A DNA stretch of 64,000 nt from Carcharhinus amblyrhynchos (taxonomy: Eukaryota), in the NCBI GenBank assembly GCA_965287045.1, contig OZ336903.1, positions 8,618,001 through 8,682,000 of the forward strand, given 5' to 3'. The position numbers were made by a program, and so were the translations under genes. Positions 1 to 12,800 of the stretch are shown here, piece by piece (the first letter of the stretch is position 1; the number at the start of each line of letters is the position of its first letter). The notes below the pieces were generated by a model. The model did not search any database, was not told the DNA's origin, and worked only from the letters and a program-made list of their open reading frames with translations.

Positions 1-503
1 AACAGAAAGCCAGTTTTATCTCCCCTCGTTTCTTCTACCAAAGTATATTTGCTCACATTTCACTGCATTGAAATTCATCTGCCTGGTATCTGACCATTTG
101 GCCAACTTATCCATGTCGCTCTGAAGGAGCCCAGCATCATTCCCACAATTCATTATTTTCCCTAGCTTGGCATCATTTGCAAATTTAGAGAACTTTCCCT
201 CAACACTCATCTCTAAACCATTTATACAAATCAGTAAAATGAAGGGTCTCAACACCGATCCCTGGGAACACCAATTTCAATGTGTCTCCAGTCTGAGACT
301 GCTCATCTACACCTACCCTCTGTTGCAAATCTCTTGGCCAACTTCGAATCCATCCTGCCCAGTATATATCAATTCCAAACATATCTAATTTGCTAACCAG
401 CCTGCCATGTGGCACCAGAATAGATATTTTCTGAAAACCCAAATAATATAGAAGGCTATATCAAAAGCTGGTGTACTCTGGTTAATAAACTTTTAGGACT
501 CAC

Positions 504-818
504 CCGAGCAGATAACACTGACAGCATTTCCACGTGAGCAGCTAAACTGTTCCATGAATGAAACAGAACAATCCCAGAGGCTGAACTCGCTACCCCGGCA
601 TTTGTAGTTCTTTTTCCACAATGGGCCGGTTCCCTTTCCGAAGTGAGATCCTCCCGGTATCGCAATTGCCGCTCCGCAGCGAAGGTGCTCACAGACCACA
701 TTGGCTTCTTTGAAACCAAAGTAATTATCACACAACGTCCCCCACTGCACTCCCTCTTGTACTTCAAGCCGTCCGGAACATCGGTCATCCCCAGATACCA
801 GTCTGAGATCTTTGTGGT
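504..818 (-). CDS. Copy A SRCR5 exon (8 Cys)
   Basis: 315 nt, GTGAGT donor. Confidence 0.9.
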
Positions 819-3800
819 CTGAATAATTATAATCACAACAATGAGAATATTAAATATTGCCAATAATGTCTACAATTTCTATAGCTGAACTGAAAATAAA
901 ACTGATTCACCATTGATGTCTTTACAGCTTAAAAGAAACATCAGCATTTATGCTCACAATCATACTTTGCAAATGAACACAATGAAAGAAATTGTTGGAG
1001 AAGCTCTCATCATTAAAAACTTATACTGTGACGATCATACCAAAGTCAACAATACCTGAACACGAAACCACTGGCAAATTATTTTCCACTTCAACTAGAA
1101 ATTACAATTTAAATAGCTGACACATCACAGATTTCAGAGGCAATACCTTTAGCACATTGTTTTCTCAGAAGCTATCTTCCTTCACGCAAGAACAGCAAAT
1201 TTCCTGCTGCCATCAGACTTTTGAAAGTTCCAATCGTGTATTAATGTAATCTTTCTCTACACCCTAGTTATGACTGTTTTACGACATTCTGCACCCTTTC
1301 TTTCCCTTTTCTCCTATCTACTTTATGAATGGTATGTTTTGTCTCTATATCACTCAAAAAAAATGCTTTCTACTTTATCCCAATACATGCGATAACCATA
1401 AATCAATTCAGTTCAATGAATTTCAACTACTCTTCCTTGAACAGGATCTGATCTTCAAGCAGCCTACGCCAACCGAGCTCTGCAGATATAATTGTCATCA
1501 ACAATGTAAACTTCAGAAGAATCTCTGCACACTGGTCCTTTCCCACAGGCACAATAGTTGGAACATTCAAGAACACTTTCGTTCATGGTATGTTTAATTC
1601 TCTGTCAAAGCACACACAGACACACAGATACATACACACACACACACACACACACATACACACACACTGTTTTACCAAGTGTCCCTGTCTCCGTTGTGAC
1701 AACAGGCTGAAATGTAATCTCCCATTTAGCTCTCTTTTCCCACGGGAAACTACCAACTTTCTCAGAAAATAGATTTCACAGCCTGTAAGTCCAATTGAAC
1801 CTGTCCCGAAAGCGTAAGTTGTTCTCTTTTTCCGCTGGAGAGAGTCTCAAAAACTTGACACAGCCTTTGAAGCCACTTCACCACAATGATTTGGAGTGAT
1901 GCCCATTGAAAATCTGCTGTCACCCAGGGTACCCTCACTGCCCTCCTCTCCCCAGCCCAACGTCCTCAATTGGAAATTTGTGCAAAACCCCCATTCCAAA
2001 AGGATCCACAACAATCTACTCCGTTTCTCTCCACCTTTGGTGGGTGGTCAGAATTTCAATCCCTATCAGTGTTGAGTCAGTTAGTTGAAGGCAGTGTGAT
2101 ATTTACGGCAGCACAATTGGCGTTGAGCAGAAGGAGCAGGAACAAAGGTTCAGCAAGATCTCTGTACCAACAATCGGGGACGCTTGTCCAGATGTTCACG
2201 CGGAGAACACGGTGCCGTCTCCTACATTGGCTCATACCCCCTGAATAACGCTTCCTCTTTGTCAAGATGAAAACCTATCTCATCTATTTCTATTTGTCTA
2301 GACACATTTGCGGATGAAACTGGTTTGTTCGTGTAATTTTAGAGTTTGTACCTGAACAGATAACTCCAGCGACCTGCTGGTGTCCACAGTCAGGCGGTCC
2401 GATTACAGGCCCCAATCCTTCTCCAAAGTGAGAATTCAATGGCGCTGCTACCGCAGAGCCACAGTGCAACTGCTTACAAAAATGTTCCGCATCCTTCAAC
2501 AACCAGGAGGAGTTATCACGGCAAAGTGTGGCCCAGGTTCCACTCCAATATAGCTCGACTCTTCCTGCACAGGGACTGCTCCCATTCACCAGTCTGGCCT
2601 TCGTACTTCCTGAGAATTATATTTCAATAGGTGGTGAGGATATAAAGTGCTTTATATCTAATAAAATGTTTAGGAGATTTTCTATCATCTCATCAATCAT
2701 ATGTCCCAGGCAGGTGACGCTGTGCCTCCTGATTTTTTTAAAGTTTAATTATTGTGACACATGTCGGTTTAAATTAACTCTGCAATGAGGTCATTGTGAA
2801 AATCCGCTCGTCGCCACACTCAGGCGCCTGTTCAGGGGTGCTAAGGAAGAATTTAGCGGAGCCAATACACCGAACCAGTCCATCTTTCAGACTGTGGGAG
2901 AAACTGGAGCACCTGGAGGAAACCCACGCAGACACAGAGAGAGCATGGAGATTCCACATATGCAGTGACCCAAGCCCAGGTCCCTCTTGCTGTGAGGCAG
3001 TATGCCAGACGCTGTGAGGCAGTATGCCAGACACTGTGCCAGCATGCCACGTTTATCTGGTCATATACATTTTAAACGTTTTGGTCAAAATAGTCCAATT
3101 TATCTTTTGAGTTTGATTTGAAAATCTAGTTACTGCAACACAGTACTGTTGTACTAAAAAGTACTATTATACGAAGAAGGATCGTAGAAGCCTACAGTGC
3201 AGAAGGAAGCCATTTAGCTCATCGAGTCTGCACCAACCACAATACCATCCAGGCCCTCTCTCCACAGCCCCATGTATTTACCCGAGCTGCTTCTCTGACA
3301 TGAAAGGGCAATTTTGCATAGCGAATCCAAATAACCGGCACGTTTTTGGACTATGGGAGGAAACCGCAACACGTGGAGGAAACCCATCCAGAGGTGGAAG
3401 AATGTGAAAACTCGACATAGAAATGACCAAAACCGGGAATCGAACCCAGTTCCCTGGCGCTGTGAGGCAGCAGTGCTCACCACTGGGTCACTGTGACCTG
3501 GATGAATGTAATGAGCTGGAATTAAAATATCACACACAATGACATCTGTTTCCTGCGGAAAGTTTAGGCGTTTAAGCACAGAGATGGAAAACAAATTATC
3601 AACTGCTCATGAGACACAAAGTCATCAGTTTCTGAAAACTCAGTGGGAATATGGTGAAAGAGCTGAGGAAACTCACATGGAAGCAACGAGACATTATTTC
3701 AGTCCTGAATGTCTGTTTTTTTTTATTCATTGGAAATGGGAGTCGCTGACTGGCCAGCATTTATTGCCCATCATTAGTTACCCGAGAGCAGTTTAGAGCC

Positions 3801-6800
3801 AACCATGTTGCTGTGGTTCTGGAGTCCATGTCGGCCAGACCAGGTAAAAACGGCAGATTTAGTTCCGGAAGGCAAATCAGTCACCCGGATGGGTTTTCCG
3901 GACAATCAACAATAGTTTCATGGTCGCCAGGAGATTCTTAATTCCAGATATCTATTTTTATTGAATTCAAATTCCACCATCTGGCGTGGCGGGATACAAT
4001 CCGGGATCCCCAGAACATTAGCTGAGTTTCTGAATAGTCTAGTGATGATACAATTGGGTCAATGCAGCCTCACTCGCATGTCGTCACTTAGAGGCAGAAT
4101 TGTTCTAGAATTGTGCGTTGGAAAATGAACATCCATTTACAAGACTTAAACCTAACATTTTTAACAGATTTCCAAGAGACTGACAGCAAAACCTGACAAA
4201 CAGAAAATTGTGCAAAATGACTGAATTAATTAAAATGACTTGATCAGTTGTGATGGTGACCAGTAGAAAAGTAAGGGTCAGATTCCAGGAATTTCCAGAG
4301 GGTTGTGTGTATTTATTAAACAATTTACTCGTCTGGTCTGTTTTAGTATAAAAATGTCTCGGCACAGACAGTGGCCCAAGCCGGGAATCAAACCCTGGTC
4401 CCCGGCGCTGTGAGGCAGCAGTGCCGTCCCGTCCCCAATAATCCATGATTATTTTACCTCCGCCTTTTCAGGAAACTGACGGGAAATGAGAGACTGCAGT
4501 AGGATTTTTACCTGAGCAGATGACACCGGCAGCTTTGGAGTCTGAATTTGGAGTATAGTCAGTCCAAGCACAATCCCACCAGAAGGACTCGTGCCCGCCG
4601 CACTCCATACTCAAAGGAAGAATTAATCCCGATCCTTCTCCAAAGTGAGCCTTGCCCGGTGCGGGGATCGCCGTCCCGCAGTCCAGATGCCGACACACAA
4701 CAGCGGCTTCCCGCAAGTCCCAGAGATAATCCGGTACAATCCACCGCTGAGCCATGTGGTGACCCTCCACTCTCCCAGCGCATGGACTGCTCCCATTCAC
4801 CAGTCTCACTGTCCGCTCCTCTGTAAAATGTCAGAAATAATGTCAGGCGTTCCAGTGGATTAAACCCGCAGTGCCCCAGCGCACGTTCCCATCCCGTTCA
4901 CCGGACAGAGGAATCAGTGAGAACATTGGACTGTGTCCAGACACAATCCCCACACCCGCTCCAAAAAAAAAATCCGGAGTGAATATTAAATCTGGTGAAG
5001 AAGTGGATGGGAATGCGAATGATGGTGACCAGAAGAAATCTGCGGGTCAGATTCCAGGAATTTCCAGAGGATTGTGTGTATTTATTAAACAGTTTACTCG
5101 CCTGGTCTGTTTTACTATAAAAATGTCTCCGCACAGACAGCGGCCCAAGCCGGGAATCAAACCCCGGTCCCTGGCACTGTGAGGCAGCAGTACTAAAGGC
5201 TACACCGCCGTCCCATCCTCAATATAATAATGCAAGATTATTTTCCCTCCGCCTTTTCAGGAAACTGACGGGAAATGACAGACTGCAGTAGGATTTTTAC
5301 CTGAGCAGATGACACCGGCAGCTTTGGAGTCTGAATTTGGAGTATAGTCAATCCAAGTGCAATCCCACAAGGAGGACTCAAGCCCGCTGCACTCAATACT
5401 CTTTGTTAGAATTAATCCCGATCCTTCTCCAAAGTGAGCCTTGCCCGGTGCGGAGATCGCCATCCCGCAGGCCAGATGCCGACACACAACAGCGGCTTCC
5501 CGCAAGTCCCAGAGATAATCCGGGACAGTCCCCTGCTGACCCTTGTAGTTAACCTCCACTCTCCCAGCGCATGGACTGCTCCCATTCACCAGTCTCAGCG
5601 TCCGCTCCCCTGCAAAATGTCAGAAATAATGTCAGTCGTTCCAGTGGATTAAACCCGCAGTGTCCCACCGCACGTTCCCATCCCGTTCAGCAGGCAGGGG
5701 AATCAATGAAAATATTGGATTGTGTCCAGACACATCCCCGACACCCGCTCCAAAAAAAACCCGGAGTGAATATTACATCTGGTGAAGAAGGGGGTGGGAA
5801 TGCGACTGATGGTGACCAGAAGAAAACTATGGGTCAGATTTCAGGAATTTCCAGAGGATTGTGTGTATTTATTCAACAGTTTACTCGTCTGGTCTGTTTT
5901 ACTTTAAAATTTCTCGGCACGAAGTCGGGAATCAAACCCTGGTCCCTGACGCTGTGAGGCAGCAGTGCTGAAGGCTACATCGCCGTCCCGCCCCCAATTA
6001 ATAATAATCCATGATTATTTTACCTCCGGCTTTTAAGGAAACTGGCGGGAAATGAGAGACTGCAGTAGGATTTTTACCTGAGCAGATGACACCGGCAGCT
6101 TTGGAGTCTGAATTTGGAGTATAGTCAATCCAAGCACAATCCCACAAGGAGGACTCAAGCCCGTTGCACTCAATACTCTTTGTTAGAATTAGTCCAGATC
6201 CTTCTCCAAAGTGAGCCTTGCCCGGTGCGGAGATCGCCATCCCGCAGGCCAGATACCGACACACAACAGCGGCTTCCCGCGCATCCCAAAGATAATCCGG
6301 CACAGTCCCCAGCTGACCCTTGTAGTTAACCTCCACTCTCCCAGCGCATAGACTGCTCCCATTCACCAGTCTCAGCGTCCGCTCCTCTGTAAAATGTCAG
6401 AAATAATGTCAGGCGTTACAGTGGATTAAACCCGCAGTGTCCCACCGCACGTTCCCATCCCGTTCAGCGGGCAGGGGAATCAATGAGAATGTTGGACTGT
6501 GTCCAGACACATCCCCCACACCTACTCCAAAAAAAAACCCGGAGTGAATATTAAACCTGGAAAAGAAGGGGATGGGTATTTGAATGTTCGGTGTCTGAAA
6601 ACAGGGAAACTGGATTCAGAGTTTAGATCCCACCATCACAGCTGCACCTGTGGGAACAGATTCAGAATATATTTGAATTCTCAGCGGTTGGGAGATGGAC
6701 GGAGAGAAATGTTCCCTTGTATGTTGTGCTCAGTAGTGACTGGATCAACAACTGTGCGATTCCCGAGGGAAGATCGGGGGAAAATGCTCCTCTACCTGTT

Positions 6801-9800
6801 ACATAAACATGCTTGGAAACACAGAATTTAGAAGCAGGAGAAGGCCATTCAGCCCTTCAAGCCTATTCTGCCATTCATTGTGATCATGGCTGTGATCAAA
6901 TTCAATATCCTGATCACACCTCGCCCGCCCTCCCATATCCCGTGATTCCATTCACCGCAAGTGCTGTATCTAATTTCTTCTTGAAATCGCACAACATTTT
7001 GGCCTCAACAAATTTCTGTGGTCGTGAATTCAACATACTCACTACTTCCTGGGCGAAGAAATTCTCCTCATCTCAGTCCTAAAAGGCTTACCCCTTATCG
7101 TCAAACTCTAACCCCTAGTTCTGGACTCCCTGACAAACGGAGACATTCTTTCTGTATCCCCCTGTCTAAAATATTCATGTGATCTCGAATTCAATGCTGA
7201 TTGATGAGGTGGAAATTGGGAGTCCCTTTGGAACCGGCAGCAGTGTGTGAAGCTGATCCTTCACATTCTGCTCTTCAATGAGTCTCATTTTTTATCTATC
7301 TGTATGGAGACATTAGCAGTCTCTGAGTTGGAATGAAAGAGTGAATGGGGCACAGTCCCCACCATTGATAACCAGACAGCAGTTTAATCTATGATCAAAA
7401 AGGCATTGAGATTGTGACCCAGCCTTTACATTTAACGGGATGGAGTAATAACAGGGATAGCGAGTAACATAAAGAGCTTTTACCTGGTTGGATAGTCTGA
7501 TTGTCCCCAGGTCTGCCTGAAATAAGAAGTTCAGAATTATAATCCACTGAGACAGGAAATGAAAGAAAAATCCAAATGTAACGAATGTGGGGTGTGAATT
7601 CCCGATACTTTTCAGAAGAAACGATATCGGGATCTATGATGGCATCAGCTTCGCATTCCCCATATTAAGAAAGCACAAATACAATTTCTCCAGCAATCCA
7701 ACATTGACAATGTGCCAAAATGTAATCAAATTGCTATCACACATACACAATGACACCTGAGTACTTTCTGTCCTTGTGTCCTGTTCCTTTTGTAATCTTC
7801 CAGGGATTGGCCCTGTGTTACCATCTCAGTCTGCCCAATAACATTGAAAAATAAGTGTACATTTTAAAGGCGGAGCAGTGTCCATGGCAATCTCAGTAAC
7901 TACTCGAATAAAAAAGATAAGTGGAAATGGGTTTCAGGTAGGGAGGTGGATTTGAGAGCAGGGGAAGATCAGCCATGATCTGATTGAATGGCGGAGCGTG
8001 CTCCAAGGGTTGAATTACCATTTTCTGTTCCGAATTCCTATGTTCCTGTGTTCATTGGCGAATGCCAATTAGAGCATCCCGATCCTAATTTCATGAAGGG
8101 ATGGAAACATGATTTAAGTTAAATTAAATGTTCTGACTTTGACTGGCGACTTTTGACTTAAAAAAAGTTTGATGCAAGCAATTTTGCACTTGGAACTCAT
8201 AAGGTCCTATTTTGCCACTTTCATTCAAAGTGCTGAGGGACTTGAAATAGGGAGTGTTTCAGATCCGACTTTTCGTCCCCTTCTTGGGTGCCTCCATACG
8301 CACTTTGCCTGCAAAAATACCAGCTATTTTGAATCTTACTGCAGAGGTCTGTGGGCGGGGCTGAATGCGCCCTAAAACGGTGCAGCTCTATTCCGCACAT
8401 CCAACTGTGCCGGCACAGAACATGATATACTACCACTCCCCCGCCGCATCCCTTCCGGACCGAATAATACCACCTCCTGGTTCTAACAGAAATTGCCTCA
8501 CCCCACAACATTACTGACCCCCTTATCCCCATGACCCCGCCACCCAGTCCGACGACAGGCCCACCCTTCCTTCCACCCAACTGATCTCAGGCGGAGTGGC
8601 AGCGGACCCCACTCACCCCCCGCACCCCTCCCCCCGCACAGATCTCAAGCAGAGAGCTGTCGGACCCTTGGCACCTACTAACTAGAGTACCCCAATAGGA
8701 CTTTTATCAGCATTTCAGTTTTATGCCAATTCTGGATGGGCGAACACAATGCTAAAGGGGGAAATGCCAGTAACGTTGGGCCTGCAGCCCATTAAGTCAA
8801 TAGAAATTAATGTAAATGCCTTTTCATGAGTATTCCGCCGGTTTCAGGCGTGATCGCCGCCATTTTGGAGTCTCAGTAAAGAGGGAACAGGAGCATCGGC
8901 AGACGCGGATCTCGCTACTCGCCTCTCGACTGACTTGACCCAGTTTTCGCGCGAGAAAACGGGCTCAACCAGATTGTAAAATCGGAGCTGAAAGTTTCTA
9001 CAATGGAGCACACAAGAAGCTCTTGGGGTGAGGCAATTGAGAACTTCCTCAAAGTGAACAAGAGGAGTTGCCTGTCAGATGGATTCACCGCTCCTCCCTT
9101 TCCGCTGGTTGCAATCATTCACCGAAATTTTACTACCTCACCCACCACAGATTCGAAGTGCGTGCTGGAAGTGTCTGTTACCCTCGGCTGAAAGGTTCTG
9201 GTCTCGCTCGGGCGAAGATATAAAATCCTGCCTATTAATTCCTCCTGTCAGGTCGCTCTTGTAACCTATCCTCCACTGAGCTGCCCTATTCTTCAACATG
9301 CTAATGATGTCTGATCATCATTCTTTAATGATTGCAGTTTGTTGCAATTTCAAAATGCTGTTAGTATGTTGCAAAGGAACACTGGACTTAACAGCAGGAG
9401 TAAACCATTCAGCCTGTCGTGCTTACTCCGCCATTCAATAAGTCCATGGCTGTTACGATTGTAGTTTCAACTCCATTTTGTTGTCTGCAACCCCTTCCGT
9501 CCACAACCCTTCACTGCCTTGCCCATCCGAAATCTGCCTAAACAGAGCCTCCACTGTATTCTGGGTGAGAATTCTGTAGAGTATCGACCCTCTGAGAGGA
9601 AAAGTATTCGCTTCATTTCCGCCTCAACAGGCAGACTTATTATTCTTAAACCGCATCCCCTTGTGAGAATCGAAGTGGAACATCTTCCCGGTATCTAATC
9701 TATCCAAGCCTCTCAAGATCATCTCACTCTTCTAAATCCAAATGGATATAGGTCTAAAATATCCAAGCTTCCTTCATTCAATAAGCCCCTCATCCCAGGA

Positions 9801-12800
9801 ATGAGTGAACATTCTCCGAACTGTTACATATTTTGCAAAGAAAGACAACATTCTGCACATGAATCCAAATGTGGCCTCGTTCTTTTAGAATAAACACTCC
9901 ATGAACTTAGTCCAGACTACATTTGATGATATGATTCGCCCAAGCGACGTGTAGATTTCACTCACTCATGGTTATTGCAGCACTTTCTTTTTCGAGTCTA
10001 ATTGATTTTTATGTGCATCCTTTGCTACCCACTGTTCAAGGTCCTCTGTACCATTCCCACGTCTGATATTTAACCGTTACTATTTATCATCTCCATTCAA
10101 ACGGTTCGACATCTGCTCTCTGGTTACTGTAACAATGATGTCCTTTAACAACAGAGTGATTTCATTCCATTTTCCTCGCTTCCTATCACTTGAAAATGTC
10201 AAGCACTTTTCACTATATAGGTCTTGGCCTCGACCTCCTTATTCTGACTCTCAGGTCAGGTTTGGTGATTTCGACCTATGCGTCCATCCGGGAATTCAAT
10301 CCCGGCCCCCAGAACATTAGTGAAGTTTCTGAATTAATAGTCCAGTGAGAATACAAGTTGGTCAATGCCTCCAGACTTGCATGTCCTCACTTATAGGCAG
10401 AATGGTTCTAGAATAGTGCATCGGAAAATGCAGGTCCATTCAGAAGACTCAAAATTTTAACAGATATAATTTCTAAGATACAGCAAAATCTGACAAACAG
10501 AAAATTGTGCAAAATTACTAAATAAATTAAAATGACTTAATCAGTTGTGATGGTGACCAGGAGAAAACTGCAGGTCAGATTCCATGAGCTCCACAGGATT
10601 CTGTATTTCGGAAAAATCACCACCAATGACTCCACAAGTTCTTCAGCTATCAATTTTTAAACCCTGGGATTTAGTCCATCCGCTGCAGGTGATATACCCA
10701 ACTTCGGTTCTTTCAGTTTCCCCAGAACCGTCTCTTTAATGATGGCCACTACGCTCATCTGTGCCCCCTGATTCACCTGGAACTCTGGCATCCCACCAGT
10801 GTCTTCCACCATGAAGCCTGATGCAAAGTTCCTCTACTATTTCTTTGTTTCCTATTATTATTTCACCAGCCTCATTTTCCAGTGGTCCAATGTTTATTTT
10901 TGCCCCTTACTTTATATAAATATAAAAATACTCTTCCTACCTTCTTTTATATTACCACGTGGCTTACGCTCATTTTTCATCATTATTGCTTATTTAGTTG
11001 GCCTCTGCTCAGTTTTAAATACTTCAAAAACCTCTGGCTTCCCACTAATCCTTGCCTCATTGCATCCATTTTTTGCATTTATGCTGTCCTTGCCTTCACT
11101 CGTCAGCCATGGATGCCTCGTCATCCCCTTATCAGGTTTCCTCCTCCTTGGGATAAATTTCTGCTGTGCTTCCAAAGTTATCCACTTTGGAAGGAATAAT
11201 AAGGAATAATTATATAAATGGTGAAAAAATTACAACATTCTACTGTGCAGAGGGACCTAGGGGTCCTTGTGCATGAATCACAAAAACTCAGTTTGCTTGT
11301 GCAGCATGTAATCAAGAAGGCAAATGAAATGTTGGCCTTTATCGCGAGAGGGATGGAGAATAAAAGCCAGAAGTCATGCTGCAATAGTACAAGGTACTGT
11401 TGAGTCCTGTGTACAATTTTGGTCCCCTTATTTAAGAAAGGATATATTAGCTTTGGAGGGGGTGCAGAGAAGGTTCACCAGGTTGATTCCGGAGATGAGG
11501 AGGTTGGCTTATGAGAAGAGATTGAGTCGCCCGGGCCTGTACTCACTGGAGTTTAGAAGGTTGAGGGGAGATCTTATAGAGACATATAAGATAATGAAGG
11601 GGCGAGATAGGGTAGAAGCAGCGAAGTTATTTCCACTTATAATGGAAACAAGAACTTGGGGGTATAGCCTCAAAATACGGGGGAGCCAATTTAGAACAGA
11701 GTTAAGGAGGAACTTCTTCTCCCAGAGGGTAGTGAATCTTTGGAATTCTCTGCCCAATGAATCAGGAGAGGCTGCCTCATTAAATGTGTTTATGTCACAG
11801 ATAGATAGGTTTTTAACCAACGAGGGAATTAAGGGTTATGGGGAGCAGGTGGGGAAGTGCTATTGAACCCACTACCAGATCAGTCATGATCTTATTGAAT
11901 GGCTGTCACAAACAAGCCATCACTTAGAAACTCCACAAATTCCTTTTCTTGGGATCCACTGCCTACCTGATTCTTCTAATCCACCTGGATATTGAAGTCC
12001 CCCATGATTTTTGTTAAATTGCATTTTTTATTTGCCTTTTCTATCTCCTGACTGAATTGTTGCCCACATCGACTATTGCTAGGGAGCCTGGACATAACTC
12101 CCATCTGGGTCTTTTTCCCTTTGCCATTCCTCTGACGCTACCACAGAGATTCTATGACTTCTGATCCTATATCACCTCTTGCAATTGGTTTAACTTCATT
12201 CCTCACTGACAATGCAACCCCACCCACTTTGCACATCAACCTGTCCTTTCGATTGCAGACATATCCTTGTACATTTAGATCCCAGCTTGATCCCCTTGAC
12301 ACCACGTCTCTGATGCCCACAACATCCACCGGCCAATTTCAATGTGCGCAACAACTCATTTTCCTCGTTCTGTATACCGCACGCATTTAGGTTCAAGACT
12401 CTCAGTTCTGCGTGACCAACTCCCTTCTCAGAGTTGTCACCTTTTGCGCTCTGCCCTGAGGTTAGATATTTGCAAACTTGTATATTCTCTGTTGCATTAC
12501 ATAGTTTGGAAACTCTATTTTAAATGGGTGATGAATGGACCTATCTTCTATTAAGTTACTCTTTCTCTCCACCCTAGAGACTGCAACAGTCTCTCCTGCA
12601 CCGTCTCCTTTCCTTCTCCCCAATGTACGCTATGAATGGTATGTTCTGCCTGTGTAGAGTGGGCAAGAAACAATATTTTTCCCTGTGTGCTAATACATAT
12701 GCCAATATTAAAGTAAATCAAATGAAGTAAATAGTGCGATCAGTAACTTTCCAAATTTCTACATCCCTGTGCTTTTGTTCCTGTGCTTGTGCCTGAACAA

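Larger units (their letters stand above)
4250..6575. repeat. Three tandem ~780-bp units (SRCR exon + intron + SINE head fragment), copy A
   Basis: Exon spacing is 789 and 777 bp; intronic sequence (gatggtgaccag...ggtcagattccaggaatttccagagg) repeats with each exon. Confidence 0.95.

Noticed and set aside
4468-6366. ORF-track proteins ending GKNPTAV.HFP.VS as stand-alone single-SRCR genes
   Set aside because: The ends are read-through past the GTAAAA donor and the starts are internal GTG codons; these are exons of one gene.
4250-6575. RAG-type somatic recombination of the repeated SRCR exons
   Set aside because: No heptamer-spacer-nonamer signals noticed at the exon borders; each exon has ordinary splice sites.
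11324-11866. 180-aa ORF (and the ORFs at 24664-25616 and 38337-39263) as host or active RT genes
   Set aside because: These are 5'-truncated CR1 ORF2 fragments with stops or frameshifts.
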